NCBI GenBank assembly: GCA_963693365.1
Contig: CAVNZM010000008.1
Span: 744,001 to 808,000 of the forward strand
Source of the DNA: Amoebidium appalachense
Taxonomy: Eukaryota; Protista; Ichthyosporea
Direction of reading: 5' to 3'
Length of the DNA: 64,000 nucleotides
How positions within the stretch are numbered: the stretch's first letter is position 1; every line of letters starts with the position of its first letter. A program made the translations under genes and the position numbers. Shown here piece by piece: positions 10,090-45,910 of the stretch. A model generated the notes under the pieces. It worked only from the letters and a program-made list of their open reading frames with translations. It was not told where the DNA came from and made no database searches.

Positions 10090-11583
10090 CTGAGAAGTGG
10101 AGGGTGGTGAAAAGCTACTCCGTTCTCCACAAGATAAGGTAGGAGTAAGGTAGGCAGGGGTAGCTGAAAAACACAACAGGACAAGGAAAAACAGGGGAGA
10201 GATAAACAGTCACTAGTTCTACCTATTAGGGAATCAACCCCTCTAAACAACACAAGACTTTAATGGTGATAACTAGGTAAACCTCCAAACAAATGAAAGA
10301 AACCAAAGAAACTGAAAGCAACAGACACTTACAAACCAAACAACAAAACACGAAAGACAGAATTGCACAGCCAAGCAGCACGATCTGAACCCAGGGTCAG
10401 CGGGGGTAGCCTAAAGACGTTAGGCTGCACACGTACCCGAAGAAAAGAAAAAATGGCAAAACATAAATCAAAATAGTATGTAAATCGCAAATTTACGGCA
10501 CCGATCGGATCCGATTACAAGCGATTACGCGATCGATTGGAACATCTGCAGCGATCAAGACTCTACCAAGAAGCAGAAGATGACGTCACACAGCGGCGGT
10601 GCGCAATAGGAATGCGGATAGCGTGCGGGAAAAGGCGCACGTACAGCAACGCAACGGCAGCAACCGACAAAACGTGACGTCAGGAGAGCAGGGTAAAATT
10701 ACACGACGGAAAATAGGCAGTACTACAGCAAGTAAAATTAAACATGCGGATAACATAAATAACGCAGAAAACAACGGAGAATATTAAATGCCAAGCACTA
10801 AGAACAGCAACAACAACGCATGCGCCAGCGAAGCACAACCCAAAAGCAGCTAAGCTAGCGAAAGTGCACAGAAAACACTGGAATGACAAGGGTCCCGGGA
10901 CACGATTGGTAAACAGAAAAAAGCAACTTCCTAAAATAGATCTACGCCGCTATGATTGGACACACAGAGTTCCGAGCCACGGCCAAAAGAGCGATCGCGC
11001 TGATTGGTTATGATACACGACAGCAAGTGGCGTCCGATTGGCTAGTAACGAGGAGGGTAAAAGTGTAAAGCTTTTTTCGATGGCGTAGGTCGCAGACAAG
11101 CAGAAGGGGAAAAGATAAAAAAGAAAGCGATAAAAAAAAGAGACGAAAAACGACAACAAAAATAAACAGTGAAGAATAACACAAAAGCAAAGCACGAAAA
11201 AGGCGCACGCAAGCGTTTCTCTGCGGGGCAATGCACACACGGGAAGTGGGAAGTGCAAGGTGTGTGCGGACCAAAAGTGTGCTGTGCACGCTGAGGCAGA
11301 GGTGCTTACGAAAGCGGGTAACAAAGACAAAAAAATAATAAAAATAATAAAGGAACAAGCAAGACACAAGAGGTAAGAAAGAAGTAAAGAGAGGGAACAC
11401 AAAGTGGTAAGCGGCTAGCGGGCGCGCATACACCCGGGGCCCATAACGGGCTAGCGCGAGCCAACTAGCAGCGCCGGAATAGTGTAACGAACTGGCGATA
11501 CGACCGGCGAACAGAGCAAAACCAGGGAAACGTACCTGGGATGAATCCCATAAGCCAAGAGGTCTTCAACAGGAAGGAACAAA

Positions 11584-11594
11584 CTCTGCTACCA
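11584..11594 (-). promoter_or_regulatory. Primer-binding site for initiator tRNA-Met
   Basis: The - strand reads TGGTAGCAGAG directly after the LTR's terminal CA, complementary to the 3' end (CTCTGCTACCA) of animal-type tRNA-iMet. Confidence 0.9.
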
Positions 11595-11797
11595 TGCCTA
11601 AGCTAGTGGTACATGGGACTAAGGAACAAGAGGGAAAAAGGGGAACGAGGCACTTAGTGTGTGAGGGACGGTGACGGGACTCACACAGAGCTGCTGAGAG
11701 TCTGTATTGGGCCTGTGCTTGTGAGCGATGGCCAATCTGGCTGCCGTGAGCCGGGTGCGCCTGCCTATACCCCAGTGCGGGCGAGGTCACTCGGGCA
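11595..11797 (-). repeat. 5' LTR (203 bp)
   Basis: Direct repeat of 1858-2070; followed immediately on the - strand by the PBS. Confidence 0.95.
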
Positions 11798-11950
11798 AGA
11801 GGCTCAGAGTACTGAGAACAGGCTCGTCACGGTGACCGTGGCACCCGAGCCTTAAAATGTTGACTTCTGGACCCTATGTTGCTTACAACTCGGCCGTGGG
11901 TCGTCTCCTGAAGCTCTCTGTAAAGATGCGCATTGTTCTCGCCGTGTTCG

Positions 11951-11987
<37 letters not shown>

Positions 11988-12039
11988 TTCCACCCGCCCC
12001 CCTTCCCCCGGGCCCCTCCTCACGCGCACCCCTCTTATT

Positions 12040-12640
12040 CAAAGAGGCTTCTCCCGGCCAGACCCATCATAGGCTTTACTTCACTATAGTATATAGTAAA
12101 CAAGGTTCTCCCTAGGCCTGGTTCTAAGGCCTCAAATTTAACGTCACTGGCATGTGCCGGCTTTGTTTGGGCAGCGGTAGAGGGCCTCACGGCTCCATCG
12201 TGATGCTTTTTGCTATCAGCACAAAAGTGCAGCATAGGTAAAGACCAGGCCCTCGACAGTCTAGATTTCACTCTGGCCTTGGTAATACGAAACATCGCCG
12301 ACGCAAGCACGGGCTCAAGTAACCGGGACCACTTATAAACGGCGTGCTCAAACCGTATAAACATTTTGTGGCACTTTCTCACTGTGCCGCGCAAGGGTGT
12401 CTATCGGCCAGTGTGCCGTATGTGCCAATATATTTTAAAGCACGCTGGTTCCATTTTTATGATATGCAAACGGCGGCACTGTGCAAGCCCGCCTGAAGTC
12501 TGTCTATTCGAAGCGGTATGTATGCTTAGTAACACAACGATGCATCACCAATCAAAGACTTTAGGAACGTTGGAGGCACAGGCGCACGGCAGTAGCAAGG
12601 TGTTCATGCACACTTTAATAGCACCGAGGGTGATGCTCAA
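12040..12640 (-). pseudogene. Probable degenerate Ty1/Copia RT relic
   Basis: Fragments in several frames occur in Copia order: FE*TDFRRA (QMDVKTAF-like), IKMEP (IYMEQP-like), VRKCHK/CLYGL/AVYKW (VCKLKKALYGLKQAPRAW-like), KFEALEPG (KFEMKDLG-like). Heavily decayed. Confidence 0.35.
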
Positions 12641-13730
12641 TCACGTGAAGTCTCTCGCACCACTCTGAGGGCACCATCCAGCCCCCATTTTTGCCAAAAT
12701 GCACAGTTTCCTGCACCGTTTCAAGATTTCCTTCGGTTCCCCCTTCCTGCTTCTATCCCCCTCCGTCTAACTCTAGCACTAAAAGCACCCCCCCCTCCCC
12801 CCTCAGGCACTGACAGTTACGCTCCCTCCCCCCCCCCCACCCTCTAAACCCCCATATTTCAGCCCTCGGTTTCCGGAGAATACCAAAGCCTGCAATTCTC
12901 TGCTGTTCTCGAATCAATAACAGGAAGTAAAAAGTAAAAACCCCACAGTGTTTATGGTCGTTTTTCCTCTGGTGTTACCAGCTGATTTTCACAACACAAG
13001 TCACGGGTGCGCGCCGTGCCACCGCGAGCTGCCACCGCGCGCTTGGGGCCGGCAACAGCTGCTGCTGACATTGCTTCAAGATGCACCAGTAGCAAGGGTG
13101 ATTAGGAGGCCTTGGTTTGCCGCCCGAAGGTTTACGAGTGGCTGGTAACCTTACGTAAGGTTACACAGACTTGCATTATTTTGATGAGCCGCGATGCTCT
13201 GTAACCCAATCATAACAAAGCGGAGAGGTTATCCGTGCACGGCAGGCCGGCTGGTGTACATAGTCGTATGCGTACTTTCGCCGTAAATATTGCAAGAAAC
13301 ATCGGTATAGGACAAGCCAGCATATTATACATACACTTGAATAGAGAAGCAAGTGCTCTGCACCAATATTAACGTTGGAGAGGAGACAGTGCATTGGCTC
13401 AGGCGGGCCTAGCTGTGTACCATGGCAGCAGCCACTGTCCCGGCCATACCGTAGGTCGACTCCTGCTAATACGTGTTAGGGAATGATTTCGTTCGGTTTT
13501 CCCCCTGCCTTAGGGGTGGCCTAGTGTTTTTAATACAAGCCCAACACGCACGTGCCGTTCTGAGCTGACAAGAAAAGCTACACCGTTCAATTGATCCACC
13601 ATTTGAGCTATGTGATATGTATTTTTTCTTGTAAAAAGGAAAATCTCTTGACTCCACCCCTCGACAGGTCTCTCGTTGCTGGTTGAGGCGGTGATTACCG
13701 GGCCTAGCCTGCAACTAGGTGGCCCTCGCC

Positions 13731-39112
<25,382 letters not shown>

Positions 39113-40652
39113 ATGAATGAGTTTTCTTGTATCCTTGAGGAAGGAAAATGATTTGCAGAGCAACTATTCGTACACTATATGTCTTGTAACATGCGTGGGA
39201 ACGCCGTAGGTTGTTTTGTGATGTCTGGTATTGTGCTTTGTCATGAATGGATTCCGTATGTTCAGACTTTTTGGTGCGGCTTTGAGGAGAGATGGTTCAG
39301 TTTTATCCAAGTATTGTGCTTGGATGCTGCTGAAGAAACCTGCAAGAATGTATGTAAGTGTGCATTTGGCGTTATGACCTGTGAATGTATGCAGGAGATG
39401 GAGAGGGAGAATGTGGGGACTAATGCATGAAAGACTATGCATACTTGTTTTGTGCTTAATCGAAACACCCCGAGCTCTTGTCTATTTGTGTATGATTCTT
39501 CGTGGTGGCATGGGCCTTCAAGCTGAGATTTATCTTGGCTGTCGTGGTCGCTAATGATGCTGGTGGTGGTGTATGGCTGGTTTTTAAGTAATCTGTAATT
39601 GTGTGGTACGGCAGTGTGAGCTTAAGGTGCAGCTGCTTAATGTGAATAGTCATCTGTCTGCACAGGTTTGCAGGCAAGAGTATCACACGAGAAGTAAAAT
39701 GATAGAACAGACCTGGTGTATGACATTGTAACTATTATTACGTAGCACGTGGGCCCGTTTGTTTTGCAATCTTCCACGGTACGTCCCAACATGTGTGTTG
39801 ACATACGGTACGTTTTCATTCCTTTGTGTGTGCATGTAGCCTGGCAGGCCGTATACTATATAGCCTCTGCTTCAGGCCGCAGCCTGAGTCCACACATGTA
39901 CGAGCCTGAGTCCACACACACAGGCTGTGCCGTATCTGACACAAAAACATACACACACGTACCCACAATGTACACACATGTGTGCACGGGCACCATCTCC
40001 AGTACAAGAGCACCGTGGCACCTGACCCATGGACACCATACTGATGTCACCATCATGATCTATTCAGATAACACTTGTTTGTGCATCCTACTAAATTTGA
40101 GCACACACGTGCACTCGGGCAGACGGAGTTCCAATAACCAGTATTAGACTAAGTGGAATCCTATTTCCCACTTTTTAGATGTCTATATCTAACTACCACA
40201 TTATCACAGCTATGGCATTGCACGTGCGTAATTGTGAAGATCGTTGACAAAATTGGTTAGATTCGTATATAACACGGATTCGTTCATACAACAGGGAGCT
40301 ACCCCCCCCCCCCCCCCCCCCCTCCCCACAGAAAGAGAGAAAGAAAGAAAGGAAAAAAAAGAAAGAAAGAAAAAGAAAAGAAAACAAAAAAGGAATAGCC
40401 GACAAAAAGATAAACTTGTCAACACAAAGCCGCAAACCTGACAACTGTCTTCAGGTACATTCACCAGGTTTGTGTGCTGGTTGGGCATTAAATGCATCTA
40501 AGACAGTTATCAACCCACACCCAATGGTCCTTTCGTGAGATCTAGCCCAAGCCGCCACGAGCACCAGCACCACAGGTGCTCTACCAACCAGTGACCAGGG
40601 GCACAGCACATAGACACCTGGTCCAACTATATGGCAGGCTGGCTTGTTTCTG

Positions 40653-43600
40653 CTACGCTGCATGCTTAACATTCTCTCCGTGCTGGCGGCAGCGCTGTGC
40701 ATCTTCCTGCTGGCCTACAGCCATGCTCAATCTACATCAGAGTAGAGAAAACGGGGGCAAGAGTGCACCACCTTGGGTCTGGTCCATTAAAGCCACGGTG
40801 TCGGCCAGCCCCAGCGCCTGCCAGAAGGCAAATAGCGGCGTCCGACCCTCGGCACTGCGGTCGTAGACAAGCAGCCGGTTGCGGGCGCGGGTCACGGCCA
40901 CGTACAGCTGCTTAAGCTCCCCACACAGCCCCGCATGTGCCTGCTCGTCAAACTCAAGTGGCCGTGGCCACCCTTTCTCATCCTACAGCCCCTGGGGCCC
41001 AGCGGTGGTGCGCAGATAATGGGGCAGCAGCCGCCACTCTGGGCCACAGGGGCTGTCGGCGCAGAAGTCCCACAGCACGACGTCGGCAAACTCCAGCCCC
41101 TTGGCCTCCTCGACCGTCAGCACCAGCGCCCTCCCCAGCCATCCCGGCAGCCGCCCCCGTGCCTCTTCGTTGCGCACAAGCACCACCTGCCCCCCGCCCT
41201 GCGTGAGCGGCTGCGGGAACAAGCTCTCTACAGAAACATGCACAGCCCCTGCACTACCTCAGGCTCCCTTCCTCCCCCCAACATCATAGGGCACCCTGCA
41301 TGTATAAAAGCTCCCCAAGCGCTAAAACCCACAACCACAGCCCTGCCTACCCTCCACCATTCCCTCTGACTTCCCTCACCGACTCTTTGGACTCCAGTCC
41401 CCCTCCCACCCCCCACCCACCCTCCCCTCCACCCACTCTGCCTGCAATCCACCTGGTCTGCGCCAAACTCGACTATGGCTGGGGGGCTGCCTGGACGGCT
41501 GCCAGCCAGCAGTAAACACAGGTCGTCAGGGCTTGTTGCTGCCAGCAGCTGTGGCAGTGGCCCGTCAAATTGGCCCCGCTCCCTGCAGCCCCCCCCATCA
41601 GACAGGCAGCTGGGCGCACCTCAACAGGGCCTCAGCAGAGGGCATACCTGGGCAGCTTGTCCATGGCCGTGGGAAAGTAGTGGTGCAGCAGGTCGACCAT
41701 GGTGTTGGCACAGCGCAGGATGCCGTTGCGGCTGCGGTAGTTGACCGCCAGCGTGCTGATCCCCGGCACCCGCACCGGGGAGCCCCAGCTGCCCCCACCA
41801 CCTACCCTCAAGCCAGCGTGCTGGGGGGCCGTGTCTCTTCCGCTGCTCTCCTCAGGCAGCCCCGTGCTGCCATCGGCCAGCCAGGCCCCCAGAGCCTCGG
41901 CCATGGCACGGCCAGCAGCCAAGCCCTGGGTCAGCCGCTCGGCAGTCACCTCCGGGCTGTCGGCAGGGGGATGCCCACAGCCACGTCCACAGCCGCCTGG
42001 GCCTCAGCCACACGCTGCCACAGGGGGCTGGGGGGCACCGGCTGGTGGCTGGGGGCGGCATGGGCCTGCAGCTGCAGCAGGCGGAACAGCGAGTGCTGCA
42101 GCTGCACCACTTCGGGCCCAGCCTCGGCCTCAGCCACCCGGCCAGCCTCTGCCCAATCGCCTCCACCTCCCAGGGCAGTGCCTGTGCCTGCCCGGGCAGC
42201 AGATCTGGCCCGGCCTCTGTGCCGGTGGTGTCGGCTCCCGGCAGCTGGCGGCCATCCTCGGCTGGCTGCGGGGTGGGTGTTTGGCTGTGGAGAAAGAAAA
42301 GACTCCTGGGGGGGGGAGGGGGGGGAGGGAAATCCTCAGCCCCTGAGGCAACCAGAAACACAACGTCCGGGCGAGGGGCGGCACCTGAGGTCCTGGAAGC
42401 GGAAGCTGACGCCGGGGGCAATGGTCTGGCAGGTGTCGCCGGCCAGCAGCAGCTGGTTGCAGTCGGCGACACGGCCAGCATGCAGCAGGCGCAGCTCGGC
42501 CTGGGTCAGGTCCTGCACCTCGTCGACAGGTGATGCTGTGCGGCTTCGGCCCAGTATAGCCCCCCTGGGCCCGCAGCTGCTGGTGCACGCGCCCCACCAC
42601 GTCCAGCACGTCATACGCCCGCCCTTTCTCCTTCAGCCGCTCATAGCGCTGCACCCAACCCTGCCTTAGCACACTGCAGGCCCCCTGCAGCCAACACACA
42701 GGGCTGCTACCTCGTACAGCGTGTACACCAGCGCCTGTCCAACCTCGGTGAAGGCCGGGGCCATTTTGCGGGGCAGCTGCTCGTACTCCTGCCGGCTGAG
42801 GCATCCCAGCTCAGGACGACAAGCTGGGAGCAGGAGGTGTGAGGTGTGTGGAGGATAAAGCCACGAGCCGTATTTAAGCATCGTCTGATGGACAGCAGAA
42901 ACAGTAGGTGTGATGTCTTTGTGGAGAGCATGGTCATGTATGTCATTGACGTAAACACAGAATACCCTGCATGCAGCAGGTACTACAAATGGGTACAGGC
43001 GGACAAGATCCACCAGAGTGAGAGACAGTGTGGCCGGCAACATGACTTTATACCAGGTGTTTCTCAGATAACAGTTGCACAAACCCACAAGAACTTTGTG
43101 TGAACACAAATTACCCCCCTCCCCCCCCGGGCCCCTTCCTCACGACACACACACCTGTGGATCGATCCCTTGATGAAGCTGCAAATTTCACGCCACACAG
43201 CCGCAGGAGCCAGCCGGCCAGCAGCCTTCAAGCCAGCCACCATTTCGGGCCACAGGAAGGCACGGAAGAACGCGAAGGTGCACAGGTGGAGACCGGGGCT
43301 GCCATCGGCGGGGCTTGGCACTGCCTGCATGCCGCGGTCACCGGCCAGCCACTCGGCCACTGCCGCAGCATCCACCGGGCGGCCATTTGGGTGGCGGGCA
43401 AAGAAGGGCCGGGCCAGGGTGCTGTCCAACAGCAACAGCCACTCGGCCGCCGTCACAAATAGCGGCCATGGCCCCTCCCCGACATCGCCCAGCCTCGGTG
43501 GCAGCAGGCCTGTCACCGAGGCCAGGCCGCTGGCAGGTGCGTAGCCGGCCCGCTGGGCCTCAAAGCAGCGCCGCACCTGGTCCCGCAGCACGGCGCTGCG

Positions 43601-44079
43601 GGTCACAAACACCTGGTGCAGGTGGCTGCCCCCCAGCAGCGGCTCGGCCGCCCGGTCGTGGTAAGCCCTGTACTGCGCCCACATGCGCTGCACGGCCACC
43701 GTCGTCTTGCCAGTCCCCGACCGCCCCAGTAGGAGGATGGATGCCGGCGGGTGTGGCGTCATGCTGGTCACAAAGTCCTCCAACTGCCCCGCAAGCTGTT
43801 AGTGGCTGCTCTCTGCCTCACCCACCTACCCCTCACAGCCCCCCACCTCGTCCGTGACAAACGGCAGCTCGCCGGCAGGCTGGCCCTGCTGGCCAGGCTG
43901 CAGCAGCGTGCGCAGCACCTCATCGGTCAGCGCGTAGAACTTCATCAGCGAGGCCTCATGGCTGCCTGATGCCGCCGGCGGGAAGTGCTCCAGCGTGCCG
44001 GCCACAGTTGTTGGCCCCGTGGGCTGGGCCAATGCAGCGTTCTTGCCGTCAGCTGCCACATACAGCCTGGGCATGGCCT

Positions 44080-44113
<34 letters not shown>

Positions 44114-45910
44114 GAGAAGGGCGGGGGTCAGTGATGGGGCATTCAGGGGTTGCTGAAACCAACATGCATGCCTAACTCCGTACCGGAAAGCCGTTGGGGG
44201 CCAGGGCAGGGGTTGCCAAGGGCCGCAGGCGGCGGGGTTCAGCGGCGGTGTAGCCTCGGCGGTGACAGGCGACAATGTGGGCTATGGCCTGGGGCACGTT
44301 GTCGTGGTCGGCCTCGATGGCCCACACACGGATGCTGTCGGCATAGCAGTGGTGGCGCGCAGAGTAGTCCACACCTGGGGGCCACTGGTCAGTGGCTGGG
44401 GCCGGGCCAGGCAGACAGCAGACAGGGGGGTGGCGGACCAAACTCCCACAGGATGCGGGCAGCACGGGTGGCCTTGGCCTCGAACAGCGCCAGCTCGCCT
44501 GAGCCCTCGAGCCGCTTGAGCAGCGCCGTGCTGCGGTGGCCGGCCCACTCGCCCCGGGCCAGCTGCAGCAGCCGCCGGCATGCCATGGCCCGCTGGCGTG
44601 CATCCAACCCTGCCAGCTGCACATGCGCCCGCCGGGTCAGCAGCACCTCCCACGCCTGCCCAGCCAGTGCTGCCTGCAGGCCCTCCATGTCGACGATGCT
44701 GTTTGATTATTGTTCCGCGTCAGAATGGTCCTCGTGGTGGATGGTGGGGGAAGAGCGTGTTGGTTTGTGGGCTGACTTCTAACTGTGCATGTTGCATTAA
44801 GGAGGGTTTGAGGTTTCACTTCAATGTGTGCCTTCTACACTGGGATTGATTTGGGTATTGGAATGAGGGGGGAGAATAGGGAGGGGGGGGGGGGGGGGGG
44901 GACCAGCAGGAGGATATGCCGCCAGCGGTGGGGGGGGGGGGGGGGGGGGGGGGATACCTCTTGGATTGTTCATGATCGGAATCATCAGTCTCCGTGTCTG
45001 GCCCTGCACAAGGCAGCTGGGCAGGGCTTGGGGACGCAGATGTGCTGCAGTGTGGATCTGTGGCTGCTGCTAAATCGTCAGCTGGCTGGGCATGTGGAGG
45101 GCAGCATAATAATGGCCACACACCCACCTGGTGTGGTAATGGCGGCTGCAACAACAGGGTGTAGTGGCCAGAGGGCTGGAGGCCACGGCTGGCATGCCAT
45201 TGGCACTGCCTGGCAGGGGTGGCACAGGACTGGTCGGGGGTGGGGCATTGCTGTGGCCAGCCCAGGTATGCCCGGCGGCAAGCCACTGCTGCTGCAGCTG
45301 CAGAACCCGGGCCGGCAAGGAGACCTCATCGCTACCGTCAGCTGCCTGCAATGAGGCCAATCAGCAACCCCGCTGCCCAGCATGCGTCTTTGGAGGGTTC
45401 AGACTGGCTGGCCAGGGGCCATGCAGCCACCCAAGAGCACCGGCCGCCCACAGCCACTGGCCACCCACCTCTGCTGGCTGGCCCTCGGGCTGCTGCTGCC
45501 CCGCCTGCTGGCTGCGTGCCTTCTTCTTCTTCTTCTTCTTTTTGGCCTTCACCTCTGCTGCGTCAGCAGACATCTCGGGTGAAGCAGCCACTGGTGCTTG
45601 CTGATGGAACAAAATGACATCAAACCGTTAGCATATTCGTGCCACTAACTGCTGGTAACCTCCCACTCCCGTGAGGTTGGGTAGCAACACAGCATGACCC
45701 TGGACCTGTGGCATTGGGCGACTCTACAAATGCACCAGCACACATTGACCACGATATTCCACTACATCTTGCTTGTACCCTTCATTCTCTCTTGTTCGTA
45801 GGTGTGGATGGGGCACTGAGCAGAATGCTACGAAAAACGTGCGGTAGGACCAGCCTTACCTTCCTTGCCGATGCTGAAGCCTGGGCTGCGGCCATCAGCA
45901 TGCGCTTGAT
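40653..45910 (-). pseudogene. TRANK1 (LBA1)-like UvrD/SF1 helicase, multi-exon, probably disabled
   Basis: WEVLLT...LARGEW...LFEAKATRAARILWEFG|VDYS...IRVWAI, HFPPAAS..LMKFYAL, ILLLGRSGTGKTT (Walker A), LHQVFVT, EICSFIKGS, VDEVQDLTQAE (Walker B), AGDTCQTIAPGVSFRFQDLR, LAVNYRS, EFGADQVVLVR, TVEEAKGLEF, GELKQLYVAVTRAR, collinear with TRANK1. There is a 1-nt frameshift at ~42518 and an in-frame TAG at 40983-40985. Confidence 0.85.

Larger units (their letters stand above)
1858..11797 (-). mobile_element. Full-length Ty3/Gypsy LTR retrotransposon (~9.94 kb) with disrupted pol
   Basis: Two LTRs with TGCC...GGCA ends, 4-bp TSD AGAG (1854-1857 and 11798-11801), PBS, purine tract, and domain order PR-RT-RH-IN. 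Confidence 0.97.

Noticed and set aside
10586-11433. Hydrophobic ORFs as an env-like or membrane protein of the retroelement
   Set aside because: They arise in all three frames from T-rich strand composition and lie upstream of gag; treated as leader sequence.
41533-42669. 378-aa + strand ORF
   Set aside because: Antisense shadow of GC-rich TRANK1-like exons.
44708-44710. In-frame TAA upstream of SIVDMEG as a further lesion in the helicase gene
   Set aside because: Falls inside an intron if the AAACAG acceptor at ~44700 is used, which joins in phase (AG|C).
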